Shown here piece by piece: positions 1 through 13,204 of a DNA stretch of 64,000 bases. Each line of letters opens with the position of its first letter. The first letter of the stretch is position 1. Under the pieces are notes generated by a model. The model saw only the letters and a program-made list of their open reading frames with translations, searched no databases and was not told where the DNA came from. A program made the position numbers and the translations under genes. The DNA comes from Epiperipatus broadwayi (taxonomy: Eukaryota; Animalia; Onychophora), in NCBI GenBank assembly GCA_028023455.1, contig JAQFVV010000002.1:13702001-13766000 (forward strand), written 5' to 3'.

Positions 1-941
1 ATATAAATTGAACAAATAATATAACCTATTATCCACCCTTCCTTAATCTTATAAAAATTACCATTATAAGTAAAATATATAGATTCCTCTAATAATAAAA
101 GCAAATCTTTAATAACTTTAATTTTTTTTTTTTACAAAGATCCATGTTTAACCAATACAGACATAAGAACATCAATATTCCTTAATCTATTATCAGACTG
201 ATACATGTTCTAAATATCTAAACTACAAATACCCAATTACTTTTCATTTTAAAATTATTAATTTTATCAAAAGCCACAAAAGAAGAAGAAACTGTTTGGC
301 ATTATGAAACAAAATGAGTTCAGGGACAAAATGGATAAAAAATTAAATAATGGTAAATATATGTTTTTAGAAAAAGATCCAGGTAATGTGATTAAAAGGA
401 AGTTAATAGATATTATGAAAAAAATGGTAAATTTAAAATTCTTTAACAGAGTATATTATTTAAAATGTTATCCAAATGATTTCATATCAGCTAAGATGTT
501 TGTGAATATTAAGACTCATAAAGATGGTTTTCCTTTAAGATTTATTTTTGATTTTACAGGTAGTGTTGTAGAGGGTATTTTCTAGGTTCTTGAATAATTA
601 TTTAAACCAATTTATTGATTTTGGTCATTGCACAGTTTCTTCTTCTTTTGTGGCTTTTGATAAAATTAATAATTTTAAAATGGCAAGTAATTTGGGTATT
701 TGGTAGTTTAGATATTGAGAATATGTAACAGTCTGATAATAGATTAAGCAGTATTGATGTTCTTATGTCTGTGTTGGTTAAGCAAGGATCTTTGTCAAAA
801 AATAAAATTAAAGTTATTAAAGATTTGCTTTTATTATTAGAAAATTTCTATATATTTTACTTATAATAGTAATTTTTATAAGATTAAGGAAGAGTGAATA
901 ATAGATTATATTATTTCTTCTTTAGTTTGTTCAGTTTATAT
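1..941. repeat. Long inverted repeat (1-294 vs ~632-941) of PLE RT sequence
   Basis: Arms are reverse complements (aaaagccacaaaagaagaagaaactgt / acagtttcttcttcttttgtggctttt) with scattered mismatches; left arm runs off the window start. Confidence 0.9.
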
Positions 942-1196
942 TAATTATTTGGAAGAGGAAATTAATTATTAAAAATAATTGTTTATATTTAAAGTTATTT
1001 GTTAATCTTGTGGATGATTATTTGTTTGTGGTTGAGAATGATAAATTGAAGGAGTTATGAGTTCAATTGTTTTGAACCTTGTGTAAAATATGTGGTAGGT
1101 TTTGTTAAATTAAAATTTTTAGATCTATTGACGATTAGAAATGTAAAGACTAATTGCTTAGTATGTAGTCATTGAGTTAAAAGTATAGAGTTAAGG

Positions 1197-3525
1197 CAGG
1201 GGTGGGCAATTATTTTGGCTTGGGGGGCACTTTGTGAAAATGGGGGTTAATGGAAGGTGGACCTTTTAAAATGATTGCATTCATTAGTTAACTTTGCATT
1301 TCAGAAAAGGTATAATAAATTGTACCATAAAAATCAATAAATATAAATTAAATTAAATAGTAGCAATTTTATTCAATTTATTTACTGTGCTAATTTCATA
1401 TCATCTATATCTGCAAGTACATTTAATTTTAGAATCAGTTTAATGAGACAAATGTATCTTATCACACTTTTCTACAATTTTTTTGAAATCAGGAATGAGA
1501 TTGCTTGTTGAGATTCTCATCACAGCCTGCAAGTTAATGTCTGTCAAAGAGGATTTATATTTACTCTTGTTGATCTTCAAGCAAGAAAAACTTTGTTCCC
1601 ACATATATGTAGACCCAAATATAGAGAACATTTTAACAGAAAATTTCTTTATACATGGACATTTTTCACCAGACAAAGATTTGTAAAAGTCAACTAATGT
1701 CACAGTATTTAAACATTTCTTTCACAGTGTAATCTGACTGCATGTCAATAAGTTCAAGCTGCAGCTCCTCAGGTGCTATCTCAATATCGGCAGTGATGGA
1801 ATAAAAGAGCAAATTGAATTTAGGCTCAATTTTCTTAAAGCCCTGAAATCTTCTTGTGACTTTGTCCTCCAAACTCTGCAGATGATCCCTAATTTTAGCA
1901 GATACACTTTTACGTAGTTTCTGTTTTTTTAATAAAGGAAAATGATAAAGATTGCCTTCACCTGATTGCCTTGCAAATAGATCTAGTTTTGCTTTGAATG
2001 ATTTTACACGCTTCCACATTTCATGTGCAAACAACCCCTTTCCCTGCAATGTCACATTCCATTCATTCAATTTCTCAAATACGTCAGTTGCAAGCATCAT
2101 CTCATATCTCCATTCCTCACATCCTATTTTTGTAATGAAATCATGAGATATCTCCTTTATGTCCAAAAATAAGAGGATTTCATTCTGCAATGCCCAGACT
2201 CTTTTTATCATTTTGCCCAGGCACAAACACCTCACACTGTTGTGGTGAATTACATCTTCATACTCGGCCTCCACATTCTCAAGAAAAGATTTGAACTGTT
2301 GTTGGTGGAATGTCCTTGTTCTAATTGTGTTTGCCACACTAACAATAGGATTTATCACATGCTTTAAGTCCAGTGCAGCTTTACAAAGGCTCTCCTGATG
2401 CAAAATGCGATGAAAAGACAAGATATCACTGTTTGTGTCTTGTGCTTGTAACTTGTTTTTTTAAAAGATTAGTCATACCTAAACTTTTTTCATTGAAATC
2501 TCTGGCCCCATCTATTGTAATGCTTGCCATTTTGTTCCAGGACAAGCCACTTTTCTCCACACAATTCACATCATATTCAAGCAATTTCTGACCAGTGATT
2601 TTAACTTTCATTGATTCTAGGCCAAGTAATTCCTCTTTGATGATGAAATTTTTCATTAATTTCACAGACAGAGATGAGTAATTGTGCAGTATCTTTATTA
2701 TCTGTGCTCTCATCCAGTGCCAAAAAAAAACCAAACAAAATCTTTGCTCGCAGTCTTCAGCTGTTATCAGAGTTCATCACTAATTGATCAATGCAGCACA
2801 CTATAGTTCTTCATGACAATGAAATGCTTTCAAATTTGCTTCTCACATCAGGACACAATACACTTGCACACTCTACCATACACTGCTTAAGAAACTCACC
2901 ATCCTTAAAAAGGCTTGTTGCATTTAGCAAGGTTTTGGCTACCATGAAACTTGCTTTTGTAGTGTTTTTTTGAGTGTTAATTGCTTTGTAAATAATATTT
3001 GTTGCTTCTTCAACCTTTTCACACACTTTGCAGCTTTTATTTTGCATTCTTGCTTGGAAAGTTTGCAGCCAAATTCACTATGTTTTGTTTCATTGTGTTA
3101 TTTCAGATTGCACTTCTTAAATATGGCTATTTTTCCATGACCCAATAAACACACTGCTTTATTCCATGTATTACTAAAGAAATATTTGTTTGTCCATTCT
3201 TCATTAAACACATGACCTTCATCACTGCTTTTACAATTTTTTGAAGGGTTCATGGTTTCACTAAAGTTGGAAATTTATATAATTACTGTTGCATAGACAA
3301 AATTAAAATTAACCAGGTCAACTGGAAAAGCACTGCACATCATATCCATAATGTGCATGCATATTAACATGGTCATCCTATGTGAAAAATACAAGACAAA
3401 TCTTGGGTCATGCATGGGAATGAAATCTAGATGCAAGGCAGATTTTTCTGACTGTTTTGGCAGGCCACAAAAAAAACTCTTATTGGGCCGTATGTGGCCT
3501 GAAGATTGTTATATGCCCACCCCTG
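1197..3525 (-). mobile_element. hAT DNA transposon (SPIN/GTF2IRD2-like), decayed
   Basis: TIRs CAGGGGTGGGCA / TGCCCACCCCTG; 8-bp TSD agttaagg / aattaagg (7/8). Confidence 0.92.
1437..3200 (-). pseudogene. Frameshifted hAT transposase
   Basis: Fragments SITIDGA, FHRILHQESLC, VRCLCLG, FGSTYMWEQSFS across ORFs 2811-3047, 2426-2734, 1690-2421, 1440-1703. Confidence 0.88.
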
Positions 3526-3717
3526 AATTAAGGTCTATTATTAAACCTGATAGCTATCAATATGTATCTCATAAGGTAACTGTTTTAAGAAATTATTGTT
3601 ATTGAAATAAGAAATTAAATAATTCTAGTGGGGTACCTTTGTTTAGAAAGGGCAATTTTATAAAGATTATTGAGTGTTGACTATTCTGATAAATTTCTTT
3701 AAAAGTATTTTATTTAA

Positions 3718-3748
3718 TAACAATAATAATGATGATGATGATGATGAC

Positions 3749-3790
<42 letters not shown>
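3718..3790. repeat. (AAT)n/(GAT)n microsatellite
   Basis: Direct reading; explains the poly-N/D ORF 3674-3988. Confidence 0.95.
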
Positions 3791-6498
3791 TGTAATGACG
3801 TAAAGGATAAAGAAAAATATGCTTTTATTTCTTTGTCATTTAAATTGTTTTCTTATAAAACTGTATATGAAAATATTAATTTGTTTGGAAATAAAATAAT
3901 TACTTGTAAAAGGGATATTACTTTGAATAATTTATTAAATAATACAAAGGAAATTTTTAATATGAAGACTATTCCTGGTGTAGTATAGATTATTTCTTAT
4001 TTTTTTAAGATCAAAGTAGTTTGAGCTTAAATGAAAGAATAAAGGTACATAATAGAAATAAATACCTTAGTTCTACTTTCTATGTCCATAAAAAGGATAC
4101 AGGCCATGCTATTAATTTTGTTGAAGCTGTCTTCTTTGAGATAAATGAAATAAAAGGAAGAATTAAAGAATTTTTATTATTAAAAATTTATGATTCTGAA
4201 ACAATTAACATATTTAAAAGTTCTTTTAATATTACTGATGGATGGGAAGTAAATGTAATTGTGGATAATGTTTAATATAAATAAGTTGTTGTTTGGAGTT
4301 CTTTACACACGAGATGTCTGCTTGTCGCAATGAAATCATTGGTTCTGTTTTAGATTTGATTTTCTTGGATTGAATTTTGGATTTGGGCTAATTTTGATTA
4401 TTACTAATTTAGCTCTATGCCTTTAATGTTTATATATATAATATTAAATAATATAGAATAAAACTACAAAAATTTTAAAATGCCTATATAAAATATACAA
4501 AAATAGACTCAAGATGGCAGAATACACCATAAGCTGGCTATAGCAAAGGATATTAACCTTCAATTTTATATAGGCATTTTTAAATTTTTGTAGTTTTATT
4601 CTAGTGGATTTTATATATATATCACTTCTTATAGTTATTACTTAAGAAACTTTATGATTACAATGTTGTCTTCATTTATAAATTCTTAAACAATTGATTA
4701 ACTATACAAAATAATAGACAAATCCCCAATACATAAACTCATTTAATACATCAAATCGATTTTCATTCTAAATAAGAGCATTCTCAAGATGTCATATTTA
4801 AAAATAAATATCACATGACAAGAGTTGCTCTAGAGCAGGGATGAGCAATAGCAGGCCTGTGAACCACATCTGGCCCATGATGGTGTCAAATCCAGACTGC
4901 TGTGTATGTAAACAATATCCATATCTAATGAATTATTAGGAGACTAGAAAACTACTGACTTTGTATAGTTAATGGCACTAGAGAAGGAGACAATGACCTC
5001 ATTAATGGTTAACAACATAGATAGTGAAATTAATGTTCTAATGGGGTTTCAATGTCACAGTTGTACATGTGTGATACAGGAATAATGAGTGTAAAGCAAT
5101 GTTAATTTTACATTACAATACTACATGCTGCAAGTAGCAAACACAAATGCTTACTTATTTGTTCAATCATAGGTCACAAATTTCTAGTACGTGGCAGTGT
5201 GGTGTGCAGTTAATTAGGTGATACTATGCACACATCAAAGAGTATTATTTTAGCATCATAGAATGAAATTCCTTTGGTTTCATAAACTTTTTATTGAAAA
5301 AAATAATATTGTTGCATGATATTTTATAAGTAAGTATATATATTTTAATTATTATAATTTTTTAATTTAATGTAATTTATCTCCCATAAAATAATCCAAT
5401 TAAAGAAAAAAAATTGAGCTGAATGCTGCATTTTTTAATAATTGGACATTCAAATATTTAATTACAAATATAGACATTTTCTTGATTTGTAATGAAACTA
5501 TTTTCATTTCTCCCCTCTTTTCTTCTGAGCGTAAGCTTGTGGCTAAGACCTGTAGAGGTCCCTACCTTCGAATTTTTCAGATGCTTATTCCTAAGGTTAC
5601 AGCTTTAGTAAATATTATTTTTAAAGAATATAATTTAAAAAGGCATTTTTCAACAAAACATTTTGACAAATTTAAGCTTTAACAAATGAAAATTGAAGCA
5701 GAAAAATTAAAAAGTGATTTGTATAAACAATAAAATACTTTGAATAATTTGTTAAGTATGATAGATCTTTGACAAAAGTTATATTTTTGCACATAAGGTT
5801 CAAAACAATTTGTAAAGGAATGCTTAATAAATATTGGTGAATTATTTTGCCTTAAAAAAAACTGTCATTTGAAAAACTTCTTTTATGAAGAATTCTTGTG
5901 AGATGCATTGATAATATTTCAAGAAATCTATGTAAAGATAAAAATTGGAAGATTATGCTTACTATGCATTGGTTTTAGATGAGTCATATGACACTACTGA
6001 TGTGAGTCAACTTTTAATCTTTATTTGAGGTATAAATAATATGTCTGAAATTATAGAGAAAATGATTTTTGCATGTCTGTGAAAGACACAATATCTTTCA
6101 AGATGCTTTGCAAAAGCATAATATAAAAAGGAACAAAATTGTCAACATCACAACCAATGGGTGTTCTAGTTTGACAGGAAAAACACTGTATTATTTTAAA
6201 ACAAGCGATGAAATAAAGCATATTCTAAAAAAAAAAATATTTTTTTTACATTGTATAATTCATCAAGAAATCCTTTGCAAAAGAATTCTAAAACTGAAGC
6301 ATGTTATATCAATTGTAACAATAGTAGTTAATTTTATTCATGGAAGAGCGTTAAATCATTGGCAACTCATAACATTTTTGAAAAAAATTGAATATGATTT
6401 TATCGATATTCCATATCGTATGAACATAAGATGGCTTAGTTTTGCAATAGTGTTAAAATGATTTCATTATTTGTTCGATGAAATTGTAAACTTCTTAA

Positions 6499-6575
6499 AT
6501 GTTGGTGGCCTAGTGGCTAGCTTAGCTGCCTTCTAAGCAGCTGGCCCAGGTTTGCTTCTTAGTCAATGCTTGACA
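6499..6575 (+). mobile_element. Decayed tRNA-Gly-derived SINE/pseudogene
   Basis: gttggtggcctagtggctagcttagctgccttctaagcagctggcccaggtttgcttc aligns to the 41172 copy; followed by ttgacacac and (TA)n. Confidence 0.7.
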
Positions 6576-7586
6576 CACACACACACGCATATATATATAT
6601 ATATAAAAGACAAGGTTAAGTAATTTTATGAATTAAAAGATGAACAATGGCTGAACAACCTTTTCTTCTTCATTGATATGTTAACATATCAAAATGAATT
6701 AAATTTATCATTATAAAAAAAAGGATTATTTATTTATAGTATATATATATATTAATGTTCCATCTTTTATGACAAAACTATTTATTTTCTGCTGTGCATG
6801 TGTGTATGTTAAATCTGGAAGTGTTATTAAAGAAGACAAGTAAACAAATAAATACAAACAGATCAAGCAATTATTAACTGATCAATAATGAAAGAGTAAA
6901 AGATTTATCTAAGGAGAGTGTGTGGACTATTAAATACCTGGTAGCTAATTATCCTGTGTATTTTTCTTGAGGTCAACATACAACTAGAAGCTGAGTAGAC
7001 TTCGATCCTGCAGTAATTATCTAAGAGAATCCCAGCTAAAGGTGAAGAAAGGGATTGTATGAAAGAAGCTGCCCTAGTTTACATTATAATTTTATATACT
7101 TATGGCTCTAATTATAATGAATAATTATTATACTAATTGTTTTTATTTGTAATGTCATGTATTATAATAACACGTATCTAATTGCCATATGTAGATAAGT
7201 ATATAAATATTCTCTCAATTCCAATTATATAAATTAATACATAATGTTATTAAATAATAATTAACTAAACATGATCATGTTCCTCATTTTTTATTCTTCT
7301 AGATTAATAGTTAGTTCATAGCACAACTTGGCACAATTGGATAGTCAATTGTAAAGCATGAATCAAAAATATGAGGCACAAAAAGCATGAGGCAGAAAGT
7401 TAGTAATAGGCAGTAAAGAATTGATAGAGATAAGAAGTATGACAACTGCTCAGTTAGGTATAAGAGAATTTGATGTTAACCACCCCTAAGTGGCCCATTT
7501 ATACAACTTAAATTATTAATATTTCATTGTCAATAAGGTAAAAGTAACACTAAAATCACTAACCTTTTGTTTTTCAGGGGTCTGAG

Positions 7587-7722
7587 ACTAATTGGGTCAC
7601 AAACCACCAAAAGTCTACCCTATGCTAAAGTTATTAAATAGCTAAATAACCATTGACTAATTGGGTCACAAACCACCAAAAGTCTACCCTATGCTAAAGT
7701 TATTAAATAGCTAAATAACCAT
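7587..7722 (+). repeat. 68-bp tandem duplication in the Gypsy leader
   Basis: gactaattgggtcacaaaccacc...gctaaataaccatt occurs twice head to tail. Confidence 0.9.
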
Positions 7723-8024
7723 TAAGATCCAAACCATTAAAACATAATGCCAGGCTATACTTATGTAATAAGCACCAAGTGGAATGGGAATGTTATAGAG
7801 TTTTTGGTATAGTATTAAGAGACTTGGCTAAAAACTGTGTGTATGTAATATGAGATCTTATTAAAATAATTCCAAGGGAGGATGAGTGATGACAGACTCC
7901 ATCAGCTTCTGTTGGCTATCCAAGATTTAACTTATACAAAAGCAATCAAAAAGATAATTATTCATGAGTTAGTAATCAATAATTCTAAAGAATTTCAACA
8001 ATGAAATACATGTAGATCAATCAA

Positions 8025-8579
8025 ATGTCAATCCTAAGAATGAGCAGGGAAGAGAAAACTGAAAACACAAATTGGGAATGTTTTTGCTGTGGAAAGACTA
8101 ATTACCTTGCATGTGAATGCAGCAGCAAGAGAGCAAGATCTAACAATTGTGGAAATATGGACTACCTAGTAAAAGTCTGCCAAAGCAAAAATAAATCAAA
8201 AGTAAAAAAGATTTTCTGAGAAACAAAATCAAAAAACCTGAACAGCTCACTGAAATCCATAAGGAAGTGACTGATAATAGTAAACAAAATAATCTTGATA
8301 GTAAAAATATACAGAAAATCAGTCAAAATGGAAATAGATAATGGAACAGGTGTATCAATAATATCTCAGAGGAACTGTAACATGTTAAGTCAAAACTAAA
8401 AAATAAACCAAGTATTGAAAGTACAAGGGGAAAGGCAAGAGACACAAATGGGGATTCTATTGATATTGCCAGAGTGACAAAAATAGTGATAATCACAAAC
8501 TATTGTTGAAAACCCCAAATATATATATAAAGGTAATATAGCACTACTAATAGCCAGGGAATGGTTCACTCTATTGAGG

Positions 8580-8623
<44 letters not shown>

Positions 8624-8646
8624 CCTCAATATATGTGTATTTTGTT

Positions 8647-8680
<34 letters not shown>

Positions 8681-11070
8681 AACAAAATACACATAGAAAA
8701 AGAACTAAGGAATAGATTTCCCAAAGCATTCATGGCAGAACAATAAAAATTAACCAAATCAGTAGAAAATGGCCTTTTTGAAGGAACAAAACCAATCTGC
8801 TTTACAACAAGAAACATTTTGTTTGTCCAAAGATCCCAAGTTGAAAAATCTCTGAGTTAATGGAGAAAGTAATAATGCCTATGAAGAGGCAAAATGAGCT
8901 ATGCTGATGGTTATTGTTATGAAATGAAATGATCAAGTATATATATGTGGAGATTACAGATTGTTCATAAATATATGTATAGAGAAAAGGCCATATCCTG
9001 TGCCAAACATTTAGCCAGGTTAAAGTGGTCTAAGCATTTTGAAAAAATGGATCTAAATGCAGTCTTTCATCAAAACCTAGTATTGACTGAATCTGTGGGT
9101 ATGTTGACCATTACAACACACATGGGGTTGTACAAGTACAACAGACTTCCTTTTGAGATAACCATAGCTCCAAATATTTTTTTCACACAAAAATGGACAC
9201 CTTACTGGAAGACCTAGAGAGTGTCATGCTGTATTTTGATGATATCTTAATAATGTCAGATTCAAAGGAATCATGGAAAAAGAAGTTAATCAGGGTATGT
9301 GAAAGATTAGAAAAAAATTTGAATTAATCTTGCTATACAAAAATTTGTTTGGGATGCAATGAAAATAAAGTTTTTAGGACACACCATCTCAGCAGGGGAC
9401 TTTAATTTGACCCTGAAAAAACCAGGGCCATAATAAGTGCCCAAACTCCAAGAAATATAAAACAACTTCAAGCATTCTTAGGCTTAACCAACTTCTTCAA
9501 AAGCTTTATTAAAGGCAAAGCACTTGTAGTAAAACAAATCAAAAATTGCCTTGGTTGAAGCAGCAAAAGAGCACTTTTCAGAAGCTCAAGGCACTGCTCA
9601 GTTTGGAATGTCTATTAGTACATTATGATTATAAGCTCATTGCAGATGCATCCAAATATGGAATTAGGGTGATTCTTAGACACCAGTCAGCAGAAGGGGA
9701 ATGCTCCATAGCATTTATAACAAAATTAATGGCAGCAGAAATTATAGCCACTTTGACAAAGTTGAGCTAGAAATTATTGCTGTAGCATGGAAATTCCACC
9801 AGTATATATATGAAAGGCAAATTAAAATTCATTACAGATCACAACTGCTTCAGACCATTTGAACCTATGTATGATTTGATGGTGCAATTCACTATCAGCC
9901 TATTATTATGAAATATGCTATATATATGATTTGATGGTACAATTCACTATCAGCCTATTATTATGAAATATGCTATCAGAAGTTTATTCAAATAAGACAT
10001 AAAGACATCTTATCTCATGTTGCTGGTACCACAGAAAAAATAAACAATGATGTGAAAATCGATCTTCTGAATCATTGGAAACTTGAGTCAATCAACTGTG
10101 GTACTGTCACCAGCTGGACTCAGGAAACAACAGAATACCAAATACTGATGGGATGGATTAGAAAAGAATGACCAAATATATGCATGGCTTATCTAAACCA
10201 AGCATTATGCATGGCTCACCAACAACTGTGAATGTTAAACAAACATATCACATATGTTGATCGAGTCTCAATTCCACCTGTAAGATAAGAAAAAATATTA
10301 AAACTCATTCACCAGGGACATCCTGTCATGGTGATAGCTCTTATTCACAGCTATGTATACTTGCCAGATGTAAGTCACAACATAAGAAGAGATATAAAAA
10401 TGTGCAGATCCTGTCAATCTATCACAAACTCACATCCCAGAAAAAGTATTTACCATCACCTAATGAGGATAGACCATGGAACTGCATACATATTAACCAT
10501 TGTCATCCAATTAATGGCAACATTATATTTGTATTAATAGGCTATTTCCTAATGAGCAGAAAATAAACTTGTAAAAAACATGAGTGCAAAAGAAACCATG
10601 CACATTCTAAGGGAAACTTTTACATGTCATGGATCTGTTGAAGTACTTGTTTCTGATAATGGGATCAGGTTTACATCAGAAGAATTTGAGTCCTTTTTGG
10701 AAGAGTCGGGAGTATGACATGTATTAGCATCACCATATTGCCCAGAATCAAATGGAATGGCAGAAAAGGCAATGCAGCAATTGAAATAGCTCTAAATAGA
10801 TTAAGTTACTTAAGCATCAATGAAACGGTGAACATGGTAATGCTGCACCAGCACATTACTCCATCCACAGCCATGGATAAATTACCAGCAGTATTAATGA
10901 TAGGAAAAAAATTAAAAAAAAACTATTCATTCTCTTGCCAAAGAAGAAACAACCAACAAGAATTCCAGAAAATAGCTATACCACTGGAGAAAAGATATAG
11001 ATAAGAGACAACCTATGGAAATTAAAAATTGAGGGACAAATAAAAAAATTTCAAACCACATATTAGAAGT
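8025..11070 (+). pseudogene. Disrupted gag-pol of the Gypsy element
   Basis: Zn-knuckle remnants (8080-8190), protease-like EIDNGTGVSII (~8330), RT YFDDILI (~9232), RNase H ADASKYGI (~9640), integrase SDNGIRFTSEEF and PESNGMAE (~10650-10770), in Gypsy order. Confidence 0.88.
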
Positions 11071-13155
11071 TCAAACTTCTATTGGAATAACATATAGATA
11101 TTATATAAATTATGTTAAAAAAATTGGTCTGATACAAATATGGACCTGAATGCTGAAAGTTGTGAAAAACTAACCAAAAATGAAAAAACCTACACAATAA
11201 GATTGTTCAGAGACTCATACAATGACTGACACTGAATTAACCTAATACTATGAACAACAACCAGGTTCTATAGAATGTCAGAGTAACAAGAGACTTCAAC
11301 ATCATCAGCTTCCCCAGCCTATCTAAAAACCTAAATTTGCTACTCAGAGAAAATTAAAAATAAAAATCTACATAGTTTCTCAGAAATAGGAGAGGGTAGT
11401 GCTATGTATATGCAAAAACAGGAAATGTTAAAAAAAGACAAGTAAACAAATAAATGGAAATGGATTGAGTAGGCAATTATAAACTGACAAATGGAAGAGT
11501 AGAAGTCTTCTCTAAGGACAGTGTATAGATTCTAAATACTTGTTATCTAATTAGCCTGTGTCTTCTTTTTAGCATCAAAATGCATCCAGAAACTGAGTAG
11601 AGTTCAACCCTGCAGTAATTACTCAATAGAATCCCCACTGAAGTTGAGGGGAAAAGAGATAGGTATGAAAGAGGCTGGCCTGAGCTACATTGTAATTTTT
11701 GTATGTCTTATGGCTCTAATTGTGAATGAATGATTATTATACTGTTTTTATCTGTAATGTAATATATTATAATAACATGTATCTAAATGACATGTATATA
11801 AGTATGTAAATATTCTATCAATTCCAATTGTATAAATTAATAAGTAATTTATTAATTAAACATGCTCGTGTTCCTCATTTTTTATTGCTGTAGATTAATA
11901 GTCAGTACATAGCATTTTCACAACAATTTCAAAAGAAACAATTAACTCACTTTTTAATTTTAGCAAAAAAAAAAAAAATTGAAAATGTACTGATTTTAAC
12001 AAATATGAGGTGATAATAAGTCACTTATTCAATGAATTTACCAGAAAATTAGAAAAGTTTTACAAATCTTTAGTAAGCATACCATTTACTTGTAATGTCA
12101 ATGATGCACTACCTTGTAACCAGTTGGAAATGATAAATTTATAATCAAATTTAATTTAAAGAATCAATTTGCTGAAAAATTAATAACGGATTTTTATACC
12201 TCTAAATCCAGAAATGTTTAAAAATATTCTGTGTAATGCACAGAAATATTTGGCATTTTCAAAATCAACATACCTATGTGAAACTACATTTTCTTTAATG
12301 AAAAATACAAAAAAAAAATCAGATCATGAATAATGGATGAGAATTTAGAAGCCATTCTATGAATAATCACTTATGAATTGAATCCCAATTTTGAATTCAA
12401 TTATAAATCAGGAGCATTTCAAATTCAATCCCTCATATTAAAGTTTTTGTAACAATAAGTTTTCTGTACTTACTTTATTACCATAATCATAAAAATATTT
12501 GTTATAAATTTTAGTTTTTATCCATAATTGATTCCTATTTAGATCATCAAATTTTGTATTTACAGTATTTTACAGTATGTTAATTTGGTAATTCAAGTAA
12601 TTTAACATGGTTTAGGTTCGGAATTTTTTGTTAAATTGTTCTATCTATTCCAGCTAGCATCATGATAAGAAAATTTCATTTGACCCACTGACAAAAAAAG
12701 TTGCCCACCCCTGTTCTACAGAAATACACATCCTCTAGTGGCCAATACTAGAAATAAACTCATAAAAAAATCTTTTTAAAAACCTTCTAAAATAATTTAA
12801 ATATATATATACATCATTAATATATCTTCATATTTATCTTTTAACTTAACAATTTTTTCATAATCAAATAAACAATTACTTAATATCCTATTCCCTACAT
12901 AAATACAATTTTTAATTATCTAATAGTGACCTTTTTCCAATTTTATAGAACCATTACTCATATTTATACATTTATTTATGTTTTCTTATATAATGTCTCA
13001 TCATGTTTTGTTTCTTTAAAATTTACACTATATTTTATTACCCTTATATTTTTCTCACAATTTATTATATGCATTGTTTCTAAATAATAATTATATGGTC
13101 CGGATTTAATATCTTTGCTATCTATTATTTTATTATGTTCTTTAGATTTCCCTGA

Positions 13156-13204
<49 letters not shown>

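Larger units (their letters stand above)
1..4440 (+). mobile_element. Decayed Penelope-like retroelement (RT, GIY-YIG, 3' end), interrupted by a hAT transposon
   Basis: ORF 304-585 AKMFVNIKTHKDGFPLRFIFDFTGS resembles the PLE RT motif PRxYGLPKIHKxxxPLRPIxSxxGS. LKFLDL at ~1110. Thumb-like segment resumes after 3526. ORF 4021-4275 LNERIKVH...HKKDTGHAINF resembles a GIY-YIG C-terminus. 4299-4440 is homologous to the hammerhead-like end at 34081-34330. Confidence 0.75.
6790..11914 (+). mobile_element. Full-length decayed Ty3/Gypsy LTR retrotransposon
   Basis: LTRs 6790-7323 and 11400-11914 (TG...CA, visibly diverged); 5-bp TSD ttttc on both sides; purine tract aaataggagagggtag before the 3' LTR. 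Confidence 0.92.
4836..12713 (+). mobile_element. Second hAT transposon, decayed, hosting a Gypsy element and a SINE-like insert
   Basis: TIRs CAGGGATGAGCAA / TTGCCCACCCCTG; TSD ctctagag / ttctacag (6/8). Transposase remnants KEYNLKRHF (5620), NITTNGCSSL and HCIIHQEILC (6069-6461), STYLCETTFS (~12265). Confidence 0.85.
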
